DNA from: Gnetum montanum
Lineage: Eukaryota; Plantae; Gnetophyta
DNA length: 64,000 nucleotides
Assembly (NCBI GenBank): GCA_015680685.1
Contig: MNCI01000651.1
Location: 558,001 to 622,000, forward strand
Direction: 5' to 3'
Below, in pieces: positions 14,561-28,865 of the stretch. The notes under the pieces are model-generated. The model saw nothing but the letters and a program-made list of their open reading frames with translations. It was not told the DNA's origin and searched no databases. The first letter of the stretch is position 1; each line of letters begins with the position of its first letter. The position numbers and the translations under genes were made by a program.

Positions 14561-15899
14561 TATTACTTTTCACATTTGGTTTTCATTCATCTGAAGCCTA
14601 GAAATGATGTCTTGCAATAGAAGCATTAATGNAATGAGATGTTCCTCAATATCGCTTGTCATGGCCTTGATTTCTTTTCTAGTAGGCAAATATTCTACTA
14701 TTATAGCTTGCTTAGACTAGGTGAGATCAATAAGTTAGTTTGGTTTGGCCAAGAAAGGCTCCAAACCATTGGCTACCTCATATTAAGCCATCCTCCTTAG
14801 CTTGTTTTTAGGAAGCACGATCCTTAGTTCCCTATTTTACACATGTGACTTTGTAGTCATGGGCACTATAACTACCTAAGATTTCTAAATTTTCATCAAT
14901 TTACGAACCTAAGAACCCTAGGAGGAGTCAAATCCTTACCCTATTATGGTATCAAAAAGAGTCTCTTGTATACACTTAAACAAAGAAACATGAATCAAGT
15001 GCATATGAAAACAAAAAATNCTGAGCAAGAAAAGTGAAGATATTAACATTCATGATGGAAATAGGGAGGGGCCTCCTTATATTACTCCTCCTACAGATTT
15101 CTTTGATTCAGCAAACAATCCCATCACTCAACGTGTGAATTTCATAGGCTTGTGAAATCTCTTTTTATTTCTTCAATCATAAAATCCTACTTCCATGATC
15201 CCACCAGTTTCTAGTTTGTTATCCAAATATAGCCTCTTTTCAAATACCACTATTATCAATTCATCATGCCATCTTCCAAATCCCCATTTAATACTAAATG
15301 CCTTTCAACCAATATTGCATGTGCCACAAACAAAATCAGTGCAAGTGTCACTACCATTTGTTCACCTATGCAACATCTACCCTAGTATAATGCTCCTCAA
15401 GTTTTGATGCTAGATACTATACCATTGCAACTATTTTTACCCTTTCATAACCCCATTTTAAATAATCTTATAGTTCCATCAATTCCTAGTGTTTCTCTTT
15501 CATTAATGCTTCTATTGCAAGACATCATTTCTAGGCTTCAGATGAANACCCTTCTTCTAGTGCCAAAAGTCCTCTTGCAAAAACGTTCTTTACACCTCTA
15601 CAAGGATACCTCCATGAACTAAGTGTAGAGATACATAGCGTGCAACCATAAATGGTCTTTAGATTGATATAATTTTCAATGAATTAATGATTATGAAATG
15701 GAGCACAAATCCTTCAATCAAATACTAATTTTAACCACTGCATATGATCAAGAAATGACAAGGAATAATGAAAAAGTATTAAAATGGCTAAGTATGAAAA
15801 TGCTAAGAATCTAATGTTATGTTAAAATAGGATGTGTTGTAAAATGTAGAAATAATGTGAGTAAGAGAGCATGAAATAATAATATTTTTTTATGTGAGA

Positions 15900-16450
15900 G
15901 AAACGTTTTAAATCCTTTCTCAAAAAACAAGATGCTTTATTGATAGATTAAAAGTATTACCTCTTAGTGAGGGCCAAACTACAATTGATATAAAAAAACA
16001 TAATAGTAATAAAGAGATGGAATTATTAAAAGAGGTCTTAGATCTTGAATAAAATAAAGATTTAAAGGATAGAACATAACCTCTAAAGCATTAGCTAATG
16101 AATGGAGAAGCTACTGATTTCAATCTAGAGTTGATTCCTAACCAAAATAAAGCTTTTTCAACTAAAAGTCCTTCACTGATGCTAGAGCTAAAAATTTTCT
16201 AATTCTAGAAAGTATTTTGAAATCCTATGAGCTCTATATTTAGAATTAAAGTTAATGATACAGATGATGTTGAAGATGCATAAGATATTGAAGGCAACTA
16301 ACAAAACACATGGAATGTTGTAATATTGGTAGGCACTCGTGCTCGCAATCTCTTATGATTTTTTGCAAGTGCTTTCCAATTTCAAAAGATCTGATGTTGT
16401 CTCAAAAAGATTCAAGACCTACCCAATCCTAATGTCTCCAGGACTTTCAA
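15900..16450 (-). pseudogene. Possible LINE 3' end / RNase H-like remnant
   Basis: Weak motifs ISYAS, ALASVKDF.LKKLYFG.ES, LLHSLAN, with a T-run at the left edge. Highly decayed. Confidence 0.3.
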
Positions 16451-17699
16451 AAATATGAAGCCCTAAATATTTGTATTTTTCTTCTATTTATAGGCCTAGA
16501 TTTACTAGATTTGATTTAGAGTTGCCAAAATTGAACTGTGTAAATCACAATAGAAAAACTAATTAGGGCTCATGAAACTTTTTGAAAATTTCTTAATAGA
16601 AAAATTGATGCATATCTAGTAGAGGTAAAAAATGATGTCATGTATTAAAAGTGTGATTGACAAAACATGTAAAAAGAAGAGTTGAAGTCAAGATTGACAT
16701 GAGATGTGACACTAGACATTGAAACTAAAGAGCATGAACAAAGAGCCAAAAATGTTAATTTTGAGCTGCTAGAAATGGCTTTGAGCTTAGAAACCATAAA
16801 ATGTATCCATACTTACTTTTGATTCAAAACAAATGGAAAAGTAGGTACAAAAAGTCTAAGATCATGAAAGTTATGTTAACTTATAAGGATAAGAAAGTGC
16901 CACTAATTTCAAACATCGAGTCTACAGAAATAAGCATATTTGTACTAGCCATAAGATCAACTTTGATAGTAATTAGTTTATTAATCAAGACCAAAAGTAT
17001 TGAACATTACTTAACATAGACTAACACAATAGGACTTGCATTCAAGCACTTATAGTTGACCCTATAATCTATCACCTTGAAATGATTCATTTGTAAGATT
17101 TGTTTTAATCTATGAGTTGGAAGCCATGATACATAGCAAACATGTTCAATAGCATGAGGGATGAGCTTGAGCTCTTACTAGATTCTCAAATCAGGCAAAT
17201 TTTAGTAAACATGATAAGGGATAGATAGACACAAATCTATTGAAATGTGGTCATATTTCAAGCAACTTTACAATCCATTGAGAATGTGATCATTATCATG
17301 ATACCCCATGAAGGCTAGGAAGGAGCTATAGAATTTTTCATTGATTATATCAATGTGATACTCAACATCCCTATGGCATCGACCTTGAATTTTTTTATCA
17401 CCAAAGATATCCAAGTGTCTATAGGGATGGGGATAAGAGGAGATGGAAGCATGATCATAACTCAACATGAGGATGCATTAAATAGAATATTATAACTAGG
17501 AAAATTAATTGAAAATATGTTTAACATTCCTAAATATGCCATTACCTTATAGTTTGAGATAATTACAACTAAGAACAAATTGATGTCATTTGAGTCCATT
17601 TAGAGTAGGTTAAATTGAGTATCTAGAAACTACAAGATAAACCTATCCAACTTTATGTCTAGCTAAATAACACCATGTGATTCATTTCTTTTAAGTAGC

Positions 17700-18310
17700 T
17701 TGGGCAACTTCATACTAAAAAGCTCAAGTAGTTGATGGCCTAGTAGAAAATATTGAGTAGAAGAAGAAAAAGGAAACATGAAATATGTCTTAGATAGATG
17801 CAAAGTCACATGAATTTGGAAAAACCATCACCATGTTGTAGGATGAGAATAAATGCTCAGTAGTGAAAATTAGAGACAAAATCAAGAGGAAAAAGAACAA
17901 GAAGAAAGAAAAGTAAGGTTGAGCCATCTATAGAAATAAATAGTCAAGGTAAATTTGAAGATAAAGAAGTTGGTTAAGGAAAATCGCTACCTATCCATGG
18001 CAAAGGTTTAAGCAATTCAACTAAAGATCCACCATTAAAATTAGGACTTGGAATAATGAAGCTACAAGAAAAGATGTGGTCAAAACTAATATAAAGATTA
18101 GATCAACCTACAGAAATAATTTAATGCAAAAGAAATCAAAATGACTAAAAACCAACTAAATGTCATCTTATAGCAATCATTTCATATTGCCTAAAAAAGC
18201 ATCATTAATGGAATCAATGTAGTGAGCCATGCAAAGATTAAAATGAAAGAGCTACAAATCAAGAAGATGACTTACTACATGGAGCTAGCTAATCTTTGTT
18301 ATGTTAATCT
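17700..18310 (+). pseudogene. Highly decayed gag-like remnant, continuing at ~34175-34650 after the nested insertions
   Basis: Charged gag-like frame here. The continuation reads SKLRIEIEKYV...KIECTTFHHL (decayed zinc knuckle). Confidence 0.35.
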
Positions 18311-20144
18311 TGTTAAAGATTTTGTATGTTCTAGTATGCTTAACATGTTAAATCTTATCTATATTCTCTAATACCATGAGAGTTTATATATATCATCTAT
18401 GATGTTGATGTATTATACTACTTTTTATTTAAGGTTTGTTACAAATAATTCTATTTATTTTATTCTTTCACTAATATATGCATATTTTTTCTATTCATTA
18501 TATTGACATGATTATTACTCATAACCTATATATGTGTTGATTCTGATTCTTTAGAGGGTGGAGTACGTAGAACATAACAATAGAGATATATTGTTAAATA
18601 TTATTTTTCTATGTTTGTTCTAATTTATCATTTAGATATATGTAAGTAACACCATGAACAATACAATATAATATTCATACTGTATTCCAACCTTTATGTT
18701 CCTGTGTTTATGTTATGATGGTCATTATAATATTTCTAATTTCAAGGACTTAGTAATCTAAACATCAAAAAATGTAACATGGTATTAGAGATTGGTTTTG
18801 ATGAAATTGTAGACTAACACTGTGAAACATTTATGATGATATGATAGTTAGGTTCATTTAATGCCAAGGTTAGTATAAAGTTAACTATAAAATCTCATTT
18901 TTCACATTTGCAAAGAAATCGCAAAATTGTAGAGAGCTCAACATAGTAAGAGAATTTAGTTTTTTAGGCATGTTAAGTTTTAAATCATCTTGTTACCTTC
19001 AATATCAACTAGTAAGCATTCAAAAATTTAATTTGTAGTCAAGATACCATGGCTTTCTCTTAAAATTTGAAGAAATGAGTTATTTCATGATTTTCAATTT
19101 GTTGATTATTTAAATTTGATTTTATGTTTTAAATTAGTTTAGATAAAAGAAATCATTATGCAATTACTTGAATTTTCAAAGAAAATTATTTTTCATTGTT
19201 TAAAATTCAATTTTAGAAAGCCATAGTTTCTTGCATGTTACAAATTAATTGTTTGTTGAAATGTCTTGCAATGAAAGATGGTAAGGTCAGAAGTGTAGAT
19301 ATTCAAAAGGAAAGCACGATGATCATGCCCAATCATAAACTTCTTTCAAACATACATAAAGTGATAAACCATCATAATCATTATGACCAAGAACTCAACA
19401 TGAAAATCCTTAAGGTGAAGCCTCTAGTTCTACAATAAAGGCTAGAACTAAAACGCTAAAGTTACATTTAACAATAGTCACCCATTATGAAGCTATGGCC
19501 AACAAAACAAAACACTTTTATTGGTCATTATCAAGGGAATAATACATCAAATACCTAAATCCTAGGATCAATGTTCAATATCACTACTGTGGTCTAGCAT
19601 TGGCCATAGAATTAGGAAAGTTGGATCATTGTGTTAAACTAAAGAGGTAAGGTCTTATACCATTAATATAGTTTGTAGTGTCAACGAATAATATGGTGGT
19701 TGAAAATTTCATAAGGACCTAGAATAATAGCTTGTTTATTTATCAAAATAGAAAGACCTGAAGATACTCTAGGATTCAAACAAGGTATATGCAATTCTAA
19801 TTTTAAATAATGGAAATAGATTTTGCATTAAAGAAAGTAATGTTCCTCAAGCATCAAATTATAGAATGTTTTCTAAATGATGATAAATGAGGAAATTCTT
19901 GCACTACTAGCACCATGAGAATCCTATTTTCACAACTCAATATATGATATTATGGCTTAGTTAATATCATTGTTTGCAAGGTAGCTATGAAGAAGAGGAA
20001 AATGCAATCTACTAGCCTCTATTATGTCTACTCTATGTTGTGGTAAAGTAGGAAAGCCATGTGGATTTTTTGTCAATCTTAAAAATGGAAATGAAGGGAT
20101 AGGTACTTTCATACTACACAACATCTACTAATCATTTTTCCTAT

Positions 20145-20345
20145 GACTAGCTCTTACCAACATGTGTTAAAGTATTTAATAATGCTAGCATTGTGGATAT
20201 CACTGTGGTGATGAAAAGTAAGAATAAAGAGTTGGTTTCATGACTATTTCTTAAAGCTAGAGTATACTATCATAGAGCTTCTAGAAATGTTCAGTCTGCT
20301 AACATCTAATTAGAGGGGTGGAGAAAAATTAAGTGTTATTACCTA
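20145..20345 (+). pseudogene. RNase H-like (plant LINE / RVT_3-type) fragment inside the LTR element
   Basis: *LLPTCVKVFNNAS...TVVMKSKNKEL...IELLEM...EGWRKIKC resembles WxPP...KxNxDAS..GVVIRN...AEL.A...GW..I; frameshifted. Confidence 0.45.
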
Positions 20346-22309
20346 ACTTTCTCCATAATGCATGCTATGATGCAACATCATAGTCTTGAAAATAATTTTA
20401 TTCATCAAGAAGCAAAAATAATTTTCTTTAAGGCATTAGTGGAGAAGAGTCCTATGAAAGAAACATTATATAATAAAACTACATGGAAAGATGTTGGAAA
20501 TATGAATGCAAATGACTTTCCATTAATAATCAAAGGAATGGTTAATAAAGATATCAAGAGACTCTCTAAAATAAATTTCATTACAATGAGTAACAATTTA
20601 CTATATGATTTAATATTTATGAATTATACTATGATAGAATATTATTTTAGAGCAAAAGTCTACGATGTAATGCTAAGAAATAAAAAAAATAGTGTTTGAT
20701 GTTTCTTTGGCACAAATTGAAGCATTAAATAAATATCTACAAACTACTTATCAAAAATATGCCAAAGCTTTTGCAAAATTTAAGGGAGAGGTTGAAGGTG
20801 CAATAAAGTTTTTAAATCATCAAAGTTAGTAGCACTAAAGCAAGAAGCACTCTGGGTTCTAGTACAAAGATAGAGCTTGCAAGCATAGTAGAGAAATTAA
20901 CAGTGAGAACTATGGAGTTAGAGGATGATAAAATCATATGTAAAAGAACAACTTCTAAACTTAAGGAAGAAATTCACTCCCTATAGAACCATGTGAAAGA
21001 TCTAACTAAAAAGAAGAAATATCTTTCAAAACCTTTTAATGCAAAATGGAAGAAACTAGATGCCACGATGAGAGATTTACAAGAGTAGATTGTGTATGAA
21101 AATTTTATAGCTCACTATAAAGCAATCTTGAAATTTGCCTTAGGCAAGGACTATGAGCTTCAACCTCATACCACCATAATGTCATCATTGCTTATGAAAA
21201 CTTATAATGAAACTCAAAAAGTAAAGAAGTTAAAGTAAGATGTTCCACTACCATCTTATGAAACTCTTTCTATTTCTAAAGAGTTCATAGTAAATGACTT
21301 TTCTCCAAAAATAAAGCTTGAATCATCATCAAAAATTTGTCATAATTTGATAAAAGAAGATACAGACTCATTTTTTGATTCATGATAAAAGTTATTAAAT
21401 TTTATTGTTTGTATTTATGCACTTTAAACTCTAGTGTTATATGGTGAAGTTATTTAATTTTTGATTTTTCATGATAAAAATTTATTTCTTTTCTATGATT
21501 TAATATTTGGTTACGTTGTAATAAATTTTGAAGATGATACTTACTCCTAAAATTTATAATTGACTTCCTTACATTTTAAGAACTATTTCAAAATGACCAA
21601 AATAATTTACAATATTAGTTTAGAAAATAAAACTTGCTCACCATCATCTTATATTTATAATAATATCAGCTTTACTAATTATAGATATAACTAGTGATTT
21701 TCTTGGTCATATGATGTTCATTATGAAATGCATTATTAAAGGTAATTCCACTCTAAAACATTAATCCACAACCATTAATAGTACTTATGAATCTCTAATT
21801 CCTAGTGTGTTGTAGAGAATAGTAATGAACTAATATTTTTATTTATCACTCATTCTATGAATGTCATGGATGTGGTTGTAGATAATAAAGCCATGTTATT
21901 AATCTCCATGTTAAGTGTAAGAGGTGGTATTAAATATTTTGTATATTCTAGCAAGCTTAACATGCTATTTCTTATCTATATTGTGTGATATTGTGAGAGT
22001 TTACATATACCATTATAGTATTCAAAACTATCTATGGTGTTGGTGCATTGAACAACTTTTTGTTTAGATTTATTACAAATAATTCTATTTCTTATATCCT
22101 TTAACTATTATAAATTACTTATTGTATCTACTCATTATATCAACATGACTATTCATCTTAACCTATATATTTATTGATTTTGGTTTCTTCTAAGGTGGAG
22201 AATGTAGAACATAATAACATAGATAAATTATTGAATATTATTTTTCTCTATTCACTTCTATTTATGGTGTATATGTAATGTATGTGAGTAACACTCTAAA
22301 AACTATAAT

Positions 22310-23304
22310 TGATGAGCAGCAAGTACCCCATACACCCAGTTATATGAATCACAAGTGTTCATGCATGATCTGATCAAATTCTGTGGATGGGACTAGTTGT
22401 GGCATATAGATTGTTAAGTAGTGATCGCAAGATGTTGTCTTTCCACATTGATTAGTGGTAGCTTTGTCACATATAGTTTAGTCCAAAGTGAGGCATATGA
22501 TTATTGATGTTATTTTGGCCTTATGCTAATCTTACGATAATAGAGAAATTAATTAGTTAATCTAAATAACAACAAGAAGATAAATTCTAAACTAGCCTAA
22601 GGGCAATGAGTGTTCATTCTTAGCTTGCCATCCATGTCCTAAACCTGCGTATCTACTACTAAGATTACCAAGTGTTATGCTACTAGGAAAACCAAGCAAT
22701 AACGTTGTTGGGATTACCAAGTGAATACATGTTTACACTCAAAATTGGTTGTGCTCATTCTACTAATTAATTAATATGCATGAAATCATAAATATTAACT
22801 AGGTACATGAAGAGTAAATTGCATAGAAAGTAAATCTAATTTAAGTCAAACTGCTGCACTAAATGTGAATCAATCTCAATCCTACTATCATTCATGGAAT
22901 GTATCAAAGTACAATCCCACTCAAATAAGATGCCATACAACTAACTCAAATTTACACTAAGGGCATTCATTGACTATTTTCTAAGACTATGAAATAAAAC
23001 TGCAAGGGTTCAGCTACTTTATTGACAAAAAGATGCCAAATACACAGTGGGTGATCGTGTATTTATAGGAGAAAATAAATGTTGTGTCAATGCATCAAAT
23101 CATGCTTTAATGGGATCCCATCAATGAGATCCCTTCGACAAGGATGCATCAACATAGCTATAATATCACATCTAGGACATTATAAATGCAATGGAGCATC
23201 TAGGATGTAGCAACCAACTAAGATGCACCAACAAGGATGCTACAATGCAGATGTGATGTAGAATCTATGACATAGCATCAACTTAGCCAACTGATGCTTT
23301 ATCA
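22310..23304 (-). repeat. 3' LTR of the Athila-like element
   Basis: Aligns over ~1 kb with 33037-34057. Confidence 0.9.
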
Positions 23305-26300
23305 TACCTCCACAACTAACTAAAAATTTGTCCTTGAGTTAACAAAATATGATTGATCTTTCTTTACAAATTTGGGAATGTATGGGATTATTAATTGAAT
23401 CTAACTACTAACTGACTCTGAGTGCCACATTCCAATATTTTATTCAAGTGGATGTATTACAAAATGACAAAATGAGAAAAAAACTAGATGGACATTAAGG
23501 TTTACAAAATTTTTCTACTCAAAAACCTACTGAAGATGAATCTTCTTGTTGTCATTAATGATGATAGACTTCCAACCTTGATTGTTATGTTAATACTTTT
23601 CTTTTTTATGTAGAACATTCTTGAAGGATTAACTGAAATTTCTTCTCATCATTCCATGGCTCTAGCAAACATGTGATGTTTGAGCTATAATCCTTGTGTG
23701 TGCTACTATTTGTCCATGGGCATATCCTCCTTTGTCCTTCTCTTGGTCATGTTTCCTTGCCTTGTAATAGACCTTCCACTTTAGGCTTTTCTTTTAGCAT
23801 CATCTGCAATCACCAAAGGATCAACATTAGTTTCTGTAAATTTTCCTTTATAATTAACCCTTTTTGAATCCCTTAGCTAGCTTAAAATGTTTAGCATTTA
23901 AGCACAAGGTGATGACAAGGTACTATTCCTAAGGTAATAAGATAACTAAAATTGTCAAGGTGTTCACATTATTTTGATCAATTATTATTAGTTACCATGA
24001 TGTTTGAAAATAGGATGTTAGAAAAAATTTCAAAACTTTCAAAGTAGACATCCCTAGCTCCCATGACTAATGAGCATAACTTTGTAAGTGCACAAGTTTT
24101 TGAATAATTAAAACCAGAAGTCTAGTGCAGAAGATGGCCAAAAAAATTTGAATTTGAAGGATATTTTAAAATAAAGGTAGGGAAAAAGTAATTAAAAGTG
24201 ATGAGAAGTAGTCCCAAATGCATGCATAAATTTAGAGAAGTCATCAATGATGTTTTGGAATATGTAAGATTTGGTTGAAAGCCATGATCAACAAACATTA
24301 TGCAAGTGGGTCCTCCCAAAAGTAGGCTCCTTCAATGTCCATGGGCACCTTAAAAGCTAAATTGAAATCATGCCTTTTTTCCAAACAACACACAATTACC
24401 TTAGTTATGATGGTGCACTATAGTATACAAAAATCAATAGCCTCATAATTACACGCAGTAGTGAAAGAATAATGGAATGCAAAGGGAATCTAGAGATTGA
24501 GATGTAAGGTACTTTACCATGTATGCAATAGGTTCTTGTGTCAATTGTGATTAAAATGACCATCATACCTATCTGTCCAAGCATTAGACCAAGTCCATAC
24601 CATTAACAACGACCTCGCATTAATGTGTTCCTTCCTACCTACCATCATGAATCCACAACAACCACAAAGAATGATCATCACTTCAAAAAGAGAAGAAAAC
24701 AAAAGAAAGAAGGAAGGGCCTTAATTAAAGGGACATCTTCAAGAATAGGTAACATGTCTTTCCAACCCTATAACTAGTGCTTATAGCCCATTATTGTATC
24801 TAAGGTGTGTGCTTTGAATTCCCATTATTGTGTTGTTGTTTTTTTTTTCTTTTGCAATTTATATTTTTTTTTAAATGGGAACCACACCATGAAAATACAT
24901 AGCTTCCTATTTATTGGTGAATGGAGGAGTGATGATACATTCTTAAAGGAGTCATAAATGACACAAAGGAAGTCAAGAAGAGAATCCAACAAGTATGCTC
25001 AAGATCATAACCTTTGTCACTCCCACCTGGTCTTTCCTCTTTCTTCAAGGTAGAATGATCATTGATGAATTTTAGTTTCATGAAAGAAAAACCAAATTTC
25101 TTTCATGAAAAATACCTTTTATTTAGAGAACTAGAGGTATGGATGAGTTGGTCTCACTACCTTACATAATTACTTACCCAATCATCTTGATAGCATAACA
25201 CATAAACCCAACACATAGTGTTGACTTCTGCATCATGACTAGCAATATTATTGACAAAAACGTAAAAAAAACATTCATAAAACATAAAGAAAATGACTTA
25301 ATAAAAGAATAAATTATAAATAAAAGAAAAATATTAAGCAATTTAAAACATATGAAGAATAAGAAAAGTTTGGAAGAAATAGGAAATTGATTAAAAAATT
25401 GTAAAATAAAAAAGGTGAAAAACACTTATTAGCTCTTGATTTAGGATGGGGAATCTACACCACAACTAAGTGTAAAGGTGAAGCAAAAGCTAATAAGTGC
25501 ATCAGTTAGTTCCATGCATCTTTTAAATAGTTTTGCACTCTTATTTCCAGGCCACTAGGTATCTTCTAGTTTACTGGCTACTACGTAGACTGCTTTTTGC
25601 TCAAATATTTGTTTCTAAAATTTATGGTGGATCAATATAGGGGTTGTGTTAATATTTCAAAATTTTGGCCCATAACTACACCCTTTATCATTATTACTGA
25701 TGCATGGAGGTTTCTATCTCTTCATAGTAGTAGGTTCATCATTTTTGTCCTATGTTGTAGTGGTGATGATTCTTGGCTTTTCAGTATGATTAGGAGACAT
25801 CATTTTGTAAGGAAGGGTCTTGCAATAGATTGGCCTTGTGTGAGTTTTGATGTGCCAGTAGGTCTACAAGTTTTTTGCTTGTGTGAAGAAACTACCCTAA
25901 AGAAAAGATGTTTTCAAGGTTGTATTTGAGATCTACTAGCATTATCATTTTTGTTTATGTTCACATCACATATGGCATTCTTTCATTAATGTTGTGGTGT
26001 TGAACCTTCCTGTGTTTTTGGTGATGACATATGATGGAGAGAAGTATGAGGATATTGAGGATATGATGGAGGATGAGAGGCATGAGATGGTGATCTCACA
26101 TATGATGTTTTGGGTTGATGATATTCAAGAGAGTGGTAGTAGTGATTTGAGGTAGATGAAGTAGAACCAATTGGGAAAACAAGTTGTTGAACATAATATC
26201 TGTATGGGTCTAGCCAATAATAGGGGTAGTGTTGGTTTAATGATGGCCTACCCCACAACTGTGTGTTTTGCCATTATGGTTGATAGTAATTTTTAGGCTA

Positions 26301-28023
26301 ATAAAAAGTCCCACTTAGATAGTACGATTGGTTGTAGAACTATCATGTCCGCATTCCCAAATGATGCTACTACATAATGAAGATGGTGCCTCTTCATAAC
26401 AAGTGTTATTATTATGTTAAAAAGATCCAAAATGGCAATTTTAATTAAGAATTTAAAGGGTGCATTGTAATAATGAAAGTGTCTCTTGAGGTAACCTTTT
26501 GGGGTTTGACCTAAGGCATTTATACCGAGGCTTAGAGGTCATGCTAAGCATGGAGGGGTGGAGCTAGTACATGCAAGTCACAGGAGTCAAGTGAAGCAAG
26601 ACAAGAAGAGGACTAGCCATCCTTTCTAACTAGTAATAGGCCTAACCATGGTGGCAATGATGGATTTCCTCTAAAGGATAGATGCTAAAGGAAGAAAATC
26701 CCAAGGAAAACTCTCAAAGCATGATCCAGATAGTCTTTTCCATATTAATAAAGGATTCTTCTTCTCTCTCCTTTATCATTTTCTCGATTATTTTCTTTAT
26801 GCAATGTCAAATGTTGCATATACTTGATGTTTGATATATTTCCATCTTATGCATAATGTATAATATAATATATATTTAATGTTGGCCATGGCATCCAAGA
26901 ATAAGATGTCATAATTAGTATTAAAGCAAACCATGACCCAAGGACCATTCAGAACCATGGCCTAACTACAACCTGATGATAAACCACATAGCCATGAACT
27001 AGGAAGAATCATGGACCATCACCATTTGCACCACATGTTGAAGATGATCTATGTCAGCTAGAAGATACTATCCCATTTATTTCATGAATGATGGATCAGG
27101 CATCTACAAAAGACATAGATCCCATCAAAATTCTTTCATGGATATCATTAATCGATGAAGATCTGATTACATCTCATCAAGATTTATCAATTGCAAGAGA
27201 TGTTAATAAGACAAGGATACACCAATCCAGGTAACTCCTATCCATCCTAATATTATAAATATTAATTGATTAAGATCATTGTTATTTTTTTACCAAAATG
27301 TTAGTAACCATGACGTAAATTGATCCTGTTTTGTTGAAACACATTATCCTAAGTAACTTAGAGTTATTTATAAGTCATCATGCCTTCCATATATTAACTT
27401 GGTAATGTCATTTTGCTAGAATAAGTTAGTTTAAATATTTTAAAATTTTAAAAATTCAACTTTAATTTTCAACCTTAATACTATGTTTAATGCATAGTAC
27501 TTGTCAAGAAGATTCCAATGGTACAACTTTCATCTCGATCAAACTTATGATTTGAGAGGTATCACTATTTCAAATTTCTCACTATGTGTGAATTCAAATG
27601 ATATTAAAATATTAAATTATTATATATATATCTATATAAATGGGTGGGGGAGAGAAGATCAAGATGTTGCAAGTTCAAACCTAAGCCTCCTCTAGATTTC
27701 AAATCTTTTATATATATATATAAGAAGAGAAAGTCCTTTAGGTGGGCCTGGATTGGCCCCTGCTACTAGCCACAGAAAAACTTGCCATGCCATTGTGCGA
27801 CAAGGCCTATAGGCCTAGCTATGCAACAACATGGTTGACAATTGGCCAACAGCAGGAAGGCCACCACACATGCCTAATGCAACTACACATGCATGTCGCT
27901 TCTATCATGATCTGCAATGCTACCCACTCCTCTATCATCATGTGCCACGTCCTACCCTATCATTGGTACATGATCATCTCTTCCATGTCCACATCGTCCC
28001 ACGCTCTACCACCCCCAATACTA

Positions 28024-28237
28024 CATGAACACTAATGGCACCACAAATTATAAGCACCTTGATGCTACATGGACATTGAGGATGCCATAGATTAAAGGCA
28101 CCTCAACGTTGCATGAACACTGATGGCACTGCAAATTACAAGCACTTCTAACTCTCCATGGATACCAATAGTGTTGTGAATTATAGGCACCTTTGGCACT
28201 CCTTAGGCACCAATAGCATCATTGATTACAGCCTCTT
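28024..28237. repeat. ~44-bp tandem repeat, ~5 diverged copies
   Basis: Unit catgaacactaatggcaccacaaattataagcacctt... recurs at 28024, 28068, 28112, 28157 and ~28201. Confidence 0.75.
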
Positions 28238-28794
28238 AAAAATCCTCCAACCTACTAAAAACCCTCATTGGAAACGTGACTGCAAGTTCCATTTGGACTA
28301 CATAGGCCATGCTAGCTTTTCACATGAGCTGCATTGGTATCTTAGGGTCACGTAGGCCCTAGCACAACCCACGTTGCCCTCACTTGGGACCATGCAAGCC
28401 CTTGTGTGGGACATGCTAGTCACTTGGAATCATGCTCACCCTCATGTGGGTCATGCTAGCCCACACACAGGTCATTCCAACATCTACCTAAGCCATGTAG
28501 GCCAGAAAAAATGGCTTCTCTAGTTCCCAACTATCACCTCTATGTTCACTAACCACTATCACACTCCTGACACATCAACTAATGCCCAACTACCCAACCA
28601 TACAACACTCAGTTCCATCACCTTGCATAGGCCAAGCCACCATAGACACTATTGTTGCCCTGCGCCTACCATCATCCTTTTCCTAATGGTAGTGAAATCT
28701 TCAAAATTTCTATCATCAAACATACTTGAAAAGAAGAACATGCAAAAATAAATCTTCAAATGGAATTTTATGTGTTTGCAATAATGAAGATAAA

Positions 28795-28865
28795 AATTCC
28801 ATAATTAAGCATGCTTATCTTGGAGTAGTACTAGAATGGGTGACCTCTCAGGAAGTCTTGTTTTT
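28795..28865 (+). pseudogene. 5S rRNA-derived fragment (Box A-IE-Box C internal Pol III promoter) followed by T5
   Basis: aattccataattaagcatgcttatcttggagtagtactagaatgggtgacctctcaggaagtc versus plant 5S AACTCCGAAGTTAAGCGTGCTTGGGCGAGAGTAGTACTAGGATGGGTGACCTCCTGGGAAGTC. The 5' and 3' ends of 5S are absent. Confidence 0.85.

Noticed and set aside
14586-15546. Perfect 46-bp inverted repeat suggesting a TIR element
   Set aside because: Both copies abut single-N gaps and are 100% identical within otherwise heavily decayed DNA; this is typical contig-overlap artefact.
28024-28237. CRISPR-like array (also 56895-57230)
   Set aside because: Whole units are repeated with no unique spacers, there are no cas genes and the context is eukaryotic.
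28795-28865. Functional 5S rRNA gene
   Set aside because: Only ~65 of ~120 nt are present, with multiple substitutions, and it is not in a tandem rDNA array.
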